64,000 nt of DNA from Amoeboaphelidium protococcarum X5 (lineage: Eukaryota; Fungi; Aphelidiomycota): the NCBI GenBank assembly GCA_023515725.1, contig JALDTO010000162.1, forward strand, positions 410,476 to 474,475, written 5' to 3'. Each line of letters begins with the position of its first letter. Within the stretch, counting starts at the first letter, position 1. Below, one piece after another: positions 42,837 through 53,607 of this stretch. A program made the translations under genes and the position numbers. The notes below the pieces were generated by a model that saw nothing but the letters and a program-made list of their open reading frames with translations, had not been told where the DNA came from and made no database searches.

Positions 42837-43222
42837 TTGAAGAAGAAGATTACCAACCTGGCATGTTGGATGAATTGGCAAAAGATAGCTGAACTGCAAG
42901 GTGGACAAGCAACTACAGTACTGTTATTTTTACTTTGCACAAGACGACGCGTAAACATTTTAATGAATTTTAGCCCCTATTAAATTTTCGACATAAGCTG
43001 ATTGCAATGGCGCAGACAGACTATCAGTTGGTAGGAAAGCGTGTCTTAATTACTACAGAGGAATTCACGTCCAAGTAGCATCAATTTAAGAGTACCCTTA
43101 ATTCTTAACTTGGCGGTTAAAAAAAAGTATTTGTACTCGATGTGTTCTCTGGTCTGCATGACAATGTCGGAGCATATAATGTTATGTTACGTGCAGTAGT
43201 TTTGCTAAAGGTGAAGTCATGA
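42836..43222 (+). mobile_element. Fanzor/TnpB-like nuclease C-terminal remnant (IS607-TnpB/Fanzor2-type RuvC region), pseudogenised
   Basis: LKKKITNL / LDEL...ARW.SNYSTVI...LHKTTRK...FRHKLIAMAQ...VLITTEEFTSK...LGGQKKVF...HDNVGAYNVMLR then TGA. This follows the pattern KI.NLVDELH..A.WL..NY..I ... FRQRL..KA ... TEEYTSK ... LGG.K.F ... RD.NGA.NI.LR. Internal TGA at 42890. Confidence 0.72.
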
Positions 43223-43702
43223 TAGATTCTGGTAGTATTAAATTGCCTGTTTAGTAATAAAAATTTGATTAAGTAGCATGTTCAATCTCTTTGAGTACGA
43301 CAATCATACTTGAGTGAAAGTTTCAGCTATGATCAAATCAACATAAAAAGTGCTGCAGAAGACCTATGAATTTGCGTAAATTGATATTGAGTTCCTGTCG
43401 ACGCTCCGTGTATTTTCTAATACCCTGGCTGAATATATCATCAGACGTACGTTCTACTGAAAGTGCGCCTTTGAACGCTTAACCACTCTTCCGGCCAATA
43501 CCCGGGAACCAACCACTTAACTGACGAGATCAAACTTGGCCAGATCTTGACGTGTTTCAACTTTGCGAAGATGATCTTTAGTGATTTAATCAAGTTGCAG
43601 CACCATAGTGCTAGATGATATGTATTGTCAAATAAATAAATAACTAAAACAGATCTCACAAAATTTTTGATGAATTTCTCATTTCAACATTCCCAAATTC
43701 AT

Positions 43703-43972
43703 TCACGCGCTCGGATTGACAGTGACAGTGCCATCAGGATTGTTGGTCACAGGATAAACTTTGCCCTTGATGTAGCAAACAGAAGCTGCCGGACTCAAAT
43801 TGCAGGAAGCATCCTGAGACCAGAAGCAGTTGGTGCCACTTGGACCTGGCTACTGAAAGTACAGAATACCAACATTGTAGTGGTCCAGATTAGGACACTA
43901 CAGAATAGGATACTGCGCGGAGACGGTCATCAATGCTGCGACACCAGCCAAAAAAGTATTGATCAGTTGCAT
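43703..43972 (-). CDS. Small secreted cysteine-containing protein, 89 aa
   Basis: MQLINTFLAGVAALMTVSA-QYPILQCPNLDHYNVGILYFQQPGPSGTNCFWSQDASCNLSPAASVCYIKGKVYPVTNNPDGTVTVNPSA then TGA. Clear signal peptide and 4 Cys. Absent from the ORF track because of two TAG codons. Confidence 0.8.
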
Positions 43973-44917
43973 TTTCGAGTAAGATTATTATTAGGTAGAC
44001 TAGACAGATTATTATTTTCAATAAGCTTAAAGAGTAGATTGATTGTACAAAAGGAGAAGATGCACCACCCTCTCAATTGCGCTTTTAATAGCGATTTTCC
44101 AGCGTTACACCTCATATTGATATTCCAATCAACAAGCGGCGATCAGATGCCTCCAAGTCGATGGAATGTTCGGAACTTTCGTTACAGTTACAAATTATCA
44201 CTTTGACTCAAGTCAGCAGACTAGTCTTATTAAGATTAAATGGAATTCCAAGAGAACTTTCAGCTCAGGTGACCTGATGGACGTGTTACAGTGGTAGTAT
44301 GAACTATCTATTAATGACCAGGCGAGCAAATAAGAATAGAGGGCACCACTAAGAATGTGAGACAACGGGTACTATATCGAAAAAGTTAAAATCATCCAGT
44401 GCAGTGTCCAGTACCCACCCAATGACACGACCTTTTTCAATCTTATATAATGCAGATTGATTTAATACATGTCTAAACAACATCTAAATCTCATAGATAA
44501 TCGATTTGCACCATTACTTAGTGCAGGCTATTATTTGTCAGAAATTATTACAATTTCATCAAGTCTATAGTTCAAAGCGCATAATGAATTAAACCACTTT
44601 GAAATAAGCAGTGAATAGACTAGAAGACTGAACTACATACAGTGTTCAATATATATTTGTTTAAGTTGAGTGTCAGTCAGCAGTTCAATGTTTCAAGACT
44701 TAAAAATTAAGCTTCCACTTTCTAGGTGATGGATCGCTTAATAGGCGATAAATAATATTCACGCTCTTTGAATAGTGTAATGCTGGAAATACTTACTATC
44801 ACAGGTCAGAGGTCGGTTCATTCAGTCCATCCATCCATCCAATCCATCGAACGAGTGAAACGGGCAAAGTTGTTCGGGCCGACCTGCCGCCATTGTTTTC
44901 ATTCTTGAGCCGATTTG

Positions 44918-44938
44918 TCTCTCTCTCTCTCTCTCTCT
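44918..44938. repeat. (TC)n microsatellite upstream of SET2
   Basis: About 10 TC units seen directly. Confidence 0.9.
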
Positions 44939-45044
44939 TCTTTCTCTTTATAATCTGTACCGTACTATACTTTATATACCTTAACACGTTGTATCTGTAT
45001 ATTTTACTACTTCTTTGAAGACAATTTCATTTACTCCTAGGGAA

Positions 45045-47219
45045 ATGCTGACAATGTAGTCCTCACTGGATTCTGCTATCAAGACGGAATAGTAACGTTA
45101 GAGTTATAGTTAGAATGACCAGATTAGTAATAGTATCAGTGTATCGGGGAGTAGTATTGTTGATGTTGATGGTGAGTAATCGCAATAAATGTCTGTTACT
45201 AGTAAAGCTCTCAAGACTTTTGATTTGGTACATGAGAATGAGTATAAGGGAGTTGCCGGTGCTCTGGCTGTGCATGAGTCTATGAGGTGCCAGTGTACAG
45301 CCTCAGATGATTGTGGCGATGATTGCATTAATCGTCTAATGATGTACGAGTGCACAAAGTGTCTGCCCGGTGATAGATGCAAGAATAGACGATTCTAAAG
45401 GAAGTAGTATGCACCTATTGAGATTTTCGATGCTGGTGTAAAGGGATTCGGTATCAAGACGCTATAAAATTTGGAAGCGAATACTTTCGTGATGGAGTAT
45501 GTGGGTGAAGTTGTATCACTGGAGGCATTTCAGAGACGGACCAGGCAGTATGAAGCAGAGGGTCTTCCTCATTTCTATTGTATGGCGCTGCAAAAGTCTG
45601 AAATGATTGATGCCACTAAAAAGGGTGGTATTGCACGATTCCTCAACCATAGTTGTAATCCGAATTGTCTATTGTAAAAGTGGGTGGTTGGCAAGAAATT
45701 TAAAATGGGAATTTTCACTAAGCGATTTATACCAGCCATGACTGAGTTGACTTTTGATTATAAATTTGAGCGATATGGTGCACCTGCTCAGACTTGTTAT
45801 TGCGGGGAGCCTTAGTGTAAAGGCACTATTGGTGTGAGTAAGAATTAGCAGAATGGCGCAGTCGCTTAATAGTCTGCAGATGCGTATGATCAATACGCCG
45901 ATTGGGATTTTGATGATGAAGCTAGTTCATAGAAGAGTAGTGGAGATTCTAATGGTGTTAGATAATCAAAGAAGGGTTTTGCTGGATTCTAAAGCTCGGA
46001 GCACGTTCTTAAAGGAATCAAAATTGTTACTTAATCGTCTCAGGATAAGCTTTAGGGCAAGATTATAAAGTTTTTGGATAAAGTGCTCGCCACTGAAGAT
46101 GATAATTGTCTTCGGCAGTTTATGTATTTCAACGGACTTGCTCTGCTAAAGTAGTGGTCATCTCTCCTCTGTTCGCAGCAGTTTGCGATGGTCAAAATCA
46201 TTCAATCGTTTGATTAACTACCTATTGCCACTTATAACACGATTCAGGATTCAGATTTGGTGTCAATGTTGGATGATATGTGTCAGATTTCAGATTCTAT
46301 TGTTGCTGCTCTTGCTCAGACTCTACGATAGAAATGGAATAATCTTCCCAAAGTTTACGTTATTCCAAAATCTGAGCGATAAAACGTTGAAATGTCAGAT
46401 GATGAAGATTAGAAGGATTAAAATATGTCTAGTGTTGATGACTCTTTGAATGGTGATAATATCAAGTCTCCGACGGCTGGATATGGCGTGATGAATCCAA
46501 GTTTATCATCCAAGAATCAGCAGAGATAATAACAATAACAACAGGAGCTGCCTGCTGGTTGGGCAATGGCTTTCGATTAGATGGGCGTCTATTATTTGCA
46601 TGTGGAGAGTGGAGGTCGATAACGTGATTTCCCAACCTCATCTTATGCTCCTGTGTCATCTTTCAGTGGAACATCAGGTGGTAATATGGAAATGAATGGT
46701 CTCTAGACAGATTCCAATCGAAGCAGCGTGACGTATATTGACGGAGTATCTTAGGATGCTCTACAAGCAATTCTTGATCGTGCGCAATAACAATCCTTAG
46801 AAGAGGAGAGATTGAGGAAGGAGAGAGTTAAGTCATAGAAGGCCAAGAAGCGTAAATCTGAATCTTCATCACACTCTTCCGCTCCACATCGATCATCATC
46901 ATCATCCAAGTTGAAGAATAGCTATACTTCTGAAGATTCAAAAAAGATGCAATAAGAGGATGCCAAAGTTTTGGATATTGGAATGAAGCAGGAGGTGCGT
47001 GAGGGGATTGGTCAGATTGTAGTGAAGTATTTTAGTAAACACAAGGACTAACTGAGTAATGAAGACTTCAAGAAGCATGCCAGGAAGATTACTCACTTGG
47101 TCATCGATAAGGAAAGTCGTGATAAGACTGTGATTACTCTGAATGAAGAAACGCGTCATAAGATTAGAAAATTTGTGGATAATTACGCATCAAAGTTATA
47201 AGATACTAGCCATCAATGA
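45045..47219 (+). CDS. SET2: Histone H3K36 methyltransferase Set2 (AWS, SET, post-SET, WW-like, SRI), ~724 aa
   Basis: [11 protein letters not shown]...C.N.RF; [44 protein letters not shown]; post-SET CYCGEPQCKG; [22 protein letters not shown] at 47217-47219. Confidence 0.93.
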
Positions 47220-47375
47220 ATTTATCTTAAAGGTTCTGTATTTACTGCAACGGTCTTTTTGAATTTGAAGTATGGAAGAGATTGCATATACTGAAAAAGT
47301 TGAATTATGTTTTATAGAAAGTATTATTATGGTTCAAAAGGTATCAAGCAAGCTGTATAAACTACATATACTATG

Positions 47376-48763
47376 TCATGGACACTTCTTATCAACAATC
47401 GTCATTCCACCATCTTCATACTCTGATCTGGCCACCCACATTGACTGGAATGTGCCGAGAGATGACAAGATAGAGCCACCGATCCAATTGCCAAATCTCC
47501 TCTCCACACGATTACCAGAAGCATAAATCTTTATTCTTAATCCGGGGATCAACTGACCCAATTCCACGCTCAATCTCTCTGCAAACTGATCCAACAGAGA
47601 TCCTCCACCGACAACAATCACATGGCTCAACAGCTGCGGGCGTACATCCTGATCGCAAGCATTCAAAGAGTTGTAAACTAGAGTAGCCACACCTTGGAAT
47701 TCGATGCCATCGTTATCATGATGCCCACTAGCGTCACCATGATGATGCGATGCTGCCAGTACTTTGGGCTGGAACAACATCTCACCAAACTTGAATCTCT
47801 CTGCACCAAAGGTACTATTGTACCCATCTGGGAATTCGTAAGAGGTGGTGGGACGCATTGCCAGAAGTTGAGGGTCGTATCGCGCTGCAGACACAGCACA
47901 TACACTCTGTTTAAAATCCTCCACAATACGCATCTTCTCGTGGTGTTCAAAGCTCTCCGTGACTCCATTCAATTTCTTCAAGGTCAAATCTGGCTTAGTT
48001 CTCACGTCGACAACCAGAGCCTTCTTCTTCTCAATCTTGAATCTAGGTGTTAAATTCAGCTGTAATTCAGCGGTCAAATGTTCATATATTCTGGTGTTAA
48101 TCGTATTTCCAGCCAGGTCCTGATGAATGGCGCCTTTATTTAGAACGTAGCCTTCATACACTGGGGTAACTGTTGTCAGATCTGCGCCGACATCAATCAC
48201 CAGCCCAGATGAACGGCCTGCAGCAAATGCGGCCATAACAGCTGAACGCGCAAAGTAAATCGCTGGCACTTGGTACTACTTTATTAGAAGATCAGCCACC
48301 TTCTGCCGCTCATCAGCACTATTATCGGACCGCTCCACCACCAAGACTGGATACTCTGAAATGGCGACTCTCATCTACTTTATTGCATACTCCCATAACT
48401 TTTCATACAGTTCCCACTCCACAACTACAAAGAGCAAGGATACATTTAAAGAATTAATCTTTTAAATGGGGATATAATACCTTTGCCGTTAACAACCACC
48501 TTCCGCACTTCCATATTCTCTCTGAACTAATTCGCCTAATCCCCATAGAAATACTGGGATTCCATTCCACTATCCACTACTCCGACTGCAGTTGGAATCG
48601 CCAGGCGAGGTGTGTCTTCACCGGAATATCCAATTCTAAATGAGCTTGAGCCCACCTCAACCACAAGAGCCTGGATATCGACACTCTGCACAGAGCTGTT
48701 CTAATTTTGCATTTATTTTGAAGACTACTATGCCTACATTTATTGCTACTACAAGTTTACCAT
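47376..48763 (-). CDS. ARP4: Actin-related protein 4 (BAF53/ACTL6-like); intron 48425..48480
   Basis: IQALVVEVGSSSFRIGYSGEDTP, GRSSGLVIDVG, YEFPDGYN, ERRFGNWIGGSILSSLGTFQSMW, IVDKKCP then TGA. A 56-nt GT-AG intron restores the frame. Confidence 0.92.
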
Positions 48764-48918
48764 GGTCAGCGATTAATTAAATAAATGCTTTGAGGAGAAC
48801 AAAGGCGAGATTTCGCTGAAAGAGAAGAGAACGCGCGCAACAGCCCAAGAGCGTCTTAGTGTCAAGCTGCTCACTCAAGACTGAACCTCATGCTGCGCAT
48901 TCGCTGGTTGCTCTGGGT

Positions 48919-49187
48919 GATTCAATATGCTTAATACTGTATATCTAAGAAGTTTTCAAGTTTTCTAAAGTTGCCAACTCCGTGCGCTGTCAGATTCTAA
49001 TTATTAGAATTTCTGAAGCGTATATTCTAAAGGCTACTAGCCTGATCTCCCGCAACGCTTAAACTCATTCTGCGTATTCGCTGACTGATTTATATGATTC
49101 AGTATGGTCGATATATTATGTCCAAGTAGTTTTCAATTATGCTGAAGTTGGCAACTCGCTGTGCTGTTACATTCTATTCTTTAGGAT
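48919..49187. repeat. Two diverged ~90-bp direct repeats, 177-bp period
   Basis: 48919.. gattcaatatgc...agttttcaa...aagttgccaactccgtgcgctgt aligns without gaps to 49096.. gattcagtatgg...agttttcaa...aagttggcaactcgctgtgctgt. Confidence 0.75.
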
Positions 49188-49505
49188 CGCGCAGTAAACT
49201 CCAGGTGAGGCGGCACAGCACCCAGTGACTATTAAGCAGCATAGGCAATAAGTAAGGTTACAACACCATAAAGCTGCCATTACTCAAAACTTAGTGGATT
49301 CTGATAGTGAAGCACCTGTCTACTCTCCGATCTCAGCCTGGAATATGCAGATCGCGGCTTAACCACAACTCTGTCACGCGTTGAGTCAGCCGAGGCATCA
49401 CAATCACAATCATAGTCGTTTGTACTGCGCTACCTATAACTGTAATAAGAAAGTAAATTCAGTTTAACATTTGAAAGCTCAGATATTAACTAGTGTCGTA
49501 TTTCA

Positions 49506-52500
49506 TCATTCTATGCATACAAGACATTTGGGTTTTTATTTGGGGAATTTGAGTTCTAAATCTTGTTTATTGTAGAGGCGCTCGCATTTCGGACACTGGA
49601 ATACAGACCCGCCTTGATTATTCGCGTGGATATAACATCTTAATTTCACTGCACTACCATCCGCTGATCTATACCTGGAAATTACTAGTTGTGAAGGATC
49701 TAAACTTTATAAATCTTAACCGGTAAGAATCTTGCTCGCGTTAATAGTGGTAGATTTTCGCGTGGTCGATGGCGGCTTACTCTGCAGGAATCTAAGAGCC
49801 TCTCTATCGTTAATATCTTTATCCCATCTTAATTCAGTTAGAGGTAAAGAGTCAAATGTCGAACTGCAAAGAACGAGAAATTAACCGCAGTTTTCACATT
49901 GATTTTGATTGAGAGTATTCGATAGGGCCAGGTTCTTCAAATCCAGACTAATACTATTCAAGTTGGCACAGTTCCAGCAAGAGAGTTTACATAAATCATT
50001 ATCAACATTCCCACCGTTTTGTTAGCCATTTCTTTCAATTTACTTTTTACAGAGTAGAGAATTGTACTCAACCAAGTCTTCAAAGGAGGGATCTATGAAT
50101 AACTGGGGAGTAACACTCGATAATTATGATGCATACCGATTATCTTTCACTTACATTGTCAAAGAGAGCAATTCAGCAAATAGTTTACTTTTATTTATCA
50201 GTTATGGAAACCAGCAATGACTCTGATTATCACATAGCCACTTTGCAGCACGGAATTTGTCCAACGGGATAGATCTCTTGTCACTCATAACATCATTCGC
50301 GTGGTAGAAATCTGCGATCACTTACAAGCGAGTGACATCCCCAGCGACGTTTAAATCCTTATTGTTCAGTTCATTAGCCCTCAACTCCGTAAAATATAAT
50401 TCATTGTAGAGCTTGGCCAACTAGTTAATTTATTGCAAAGCTTCGCATTATTTGACAAACGAACTTAATGCATTCCGAATCGTCTCAACACTGCGAATCT
50501 TTCTAAGCTATACTACAGCATCCACATAGAAATCCTTACTTTGAAGGTGAATAGCATACTTGTAATATATATCGTCCCTTCTCTCTGGTACCAAATCTAA
50601 ATACTTGACAGCTTCAACAAAATTGCCATCTTGAATACAAATGTCAACCACCTTGCTATACTCAGAAATCATTTTATACAATTGCAGCGCATTTTGCTTG
50701 GATCCGCCATCTAGCAGCATTTACGCGGCATCTTTAATAAGATTATACTGCGATCTATCAAGCTACGAGCAGAGATCGTATAGGAGTTTATAGTTCTTAT
50801 GATGCCTACAGCTAGTCAACACGTCTTCATACAACATCTCTATCCACATTTTCCGTAACTTTTACTCATCCTTTTCCACCGTATGCGCAGATATAGGAGT
50901 AGTTTTAGACACTAGAGGATCAGATGCCGCGGGGCCAAGATTGACTGAATTACTCTCTCGCAATGTCATGCGAGAGAAATTTCTTGAACTCTAAACACTT
51001 CCTTGATTGCTGTGTAACACGACACCTTGCAGCTATTACAAAGCTTGCTAATCGCCTGCTCTTTCACAAGCCTTCTTCAGTACCGCAAAATCTTCCTTTG
51101 AACATCCAACTTAAACTGCAAACTTACTAGCCGCCGCCACATCATTCTTCTGCAAAAGATGCTTCAAAGAATTGGATTGACTTATTGAATGTGTCTACAC
51201 TCCATCATTGGTGAGATGATACAACTTTGTGCCACTAAATCCAACAACATAACCGTCGAATACCTATGTCTCTATCAAATCACTTCCCAAAACTATGTGA
51301 GTCTTTTTCGAATTGGTCGAATATCCAAATTGATTATTAATTCTAGTATTAAAAGCGATGCTAGTTGCCTTACTATTACTTTAGTATATAACAGTTTTAT
51401 CAGATATCTAGACGACTATCAGGTCTCCGCGCTCATTGACAACACCCACAGCAGACTTATCAGCATTTAAATCTACACATCGTATAGAGTGCCCAGAATG
51501 ATAAAGCTCTTATAGATTAGCATCTTTGACATGAGCGACACAAACTTGACCATTCTTTAGTCCGACTAGAAGGCTTTCATCAGATTAAGTATCTGTAGAA
51601 CTTTCTTATGGATAAGCCTTAATGTACCTCACAACAGCATCCAGATTCCATTATCTGATCATTGAGCCGGTAAAATCAACAGACATCAGGACTTTATCCA
51701 TACATAGCACCAAAATATTTTTCAAAACAACTATGAGGTTACAGTCAAACTATTTAGCTATTTTACTTTACAGTACATAAGTCAATTCATCACCACTACG
51801 TTGTCCACTAGTTTGCAGCGTATACACAAGAATCTTATCCGAGAGTTGAATGACCAAATAATTCTGATATAACGCAACCTTCTTTACCAGCTCCCTGCAC
51901 TTGATTCTCGATCGCTGATGCAAAGTCAAGTCTTGAATTACCACATCCGTCAGACAATCCCTAAAGGCATAGCGATTCTAATAAATAGCATGAACAGTAG
52001 AAAATGAGACCTAGAATAGCTAAACGAAACCTTTATCTGTACCAACTAGAGCAGACTTATCAAACACAGTAAAAGAGGATATGGCATCAGCAGTCTCAGC
52101 AACATCCTACACTTTATAACCATCTTTGGTCCAAAGTTGTAATCGATTATATGCGGATTTGCACAAGAAATACTGATTGCTCCAACCAAATTCTATAGAG
52201 CTAGACTTGAAATCCATTTTATATTTACTATCACCCACCTGCTTAAACTGGCTGTCATAAATCATAATCCTGCACAAACTATCAATGGCATATAAAAAAG
52301 ATTAATCGCCAATTTAAATCCACTTCAAGTTAAGGATACCTGACAATTATGACTTTAATGTCCGAGTGGTATCTCCATGTACATTCATAATAACAATACT
52401 ACCACTCTTATAACCAGCCGCAAATAAAGAACCATCACTGTTCCATGTGGCACAACTCAAATCAGTTTTGCAATGAACCTCGACCAGATCTTTCGCCGCA

Positions 52501-52871
52501 CCACCCCAGATGATTATATCTCTAACACTAGCACTCAGCAGCAGTCCATTCTTGTTCCAGTGGAGAGACTTGATTGAATTTTTATGGCAAAACTCTGTAA
52601 TTATATCACCGCGAGTTATATCATAGATGACCACAGATCCATCCTAACAGCCGGCTGCAAATCTATCATTCCACTTACATACAGCTAGACATTCGATATC
52701 AGATTGCTGACTTGTGTACAGTTACAATACTCGACCGTCTGCAGAACTTATGCGCTTGATATTACCACCAAAAGACACCAAGAAACTATCACCTTCATTG
52801 CCAACAGACTCCAGACAACCAACATGATCAGTATCTGTTATCTAAATCTCCCATTACTGATGCAGTTTCAT
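49506..52871 (-). CDS. IFT122: Intraflagellar transport protein 122 (IFT-A), divergent, ~1121 aa
   Basis: N-terminal WD40 repeats. VHAIYQNRYAFRDCLTDVVIQDLTLHQRSRIKCRELVKKVALYQNYLVIQLSDKILVY matches the IFT122 signature. Helical repeats follow, then C-terminal CxxC pairs (CPKC...CLVC) and TGA. Confidence 0.9.
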
Positions 52872-53607
52872 CTAGTTCAGACAATATAATAATAAGTCTG
52901 GTTCAACTTGTCAAATAGAGACTTACACAGTAAATCAGGGAAAGAACGGAAATAATCAGCCGTTTCAAAGCTAAAGTGAAACAATGTTCATTCTATGCTG
53001 GTAGAAACGATCATCATTCGTTTCAAAGCAAAAACTGAAGATTAACGCAAATGTATAGATTATTGAAACGGTTGCTGTTTGCAGTCTTGCTTGGAGTATT
53101 ACGCATAGTGCTCAAGTGATTAGCCTCAATTTCATTCGCATTTGTAACATTCAAGCATTATAATACGAGTGGGGTGTGGCCATTCAAGGATGATATGTTG
53201 CGGAAGCTCTCAAGCTCTCGTGAAGTTACTAGAATGACAACTGTTCAATATTACTGCATTTTTAGTCAAAGGAGCGTAAATCACTCAGCTAATGTGATTG
53301 TTAGACAGTTCTTTGCAAACCTAAATCTCTTTTATAAATGATAATACAATGAGAATCTCATTCTGATTTTGAAACGCCGGCGCATGATTTTCCATCGATC
53401 GCTCGTCCGTCTGTAATCGTTTCAAGTGCCGGCCATCTGGATCCATCAACTCCACATAATACAACAATGGCTTGATGGTTGTTGAAATTGCGCTCTGTTT
53501 GATCGATGTACTCCACTTATAAAGCGGTATATCACGCTATATGGCATTTTGACTTTCAATAGGTTTATCGAAAAGTTTGAAAGATTCTTACGGTGAAAGT
53601 TTTAAGG

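Noticed and set aside
43599-43614. Canonical Helitron 3' end (hairpin plus CTAG)
   Set aside because: The stem is only 5 bp, overlaps the CTAG, and is followed by A rather than the expected T.
52900-53600. Small gene between IFT122 and the NADH dehydrogenase
   Set aside because: Only short open frames with no recognisable motif; treated as a divergent promoter region.
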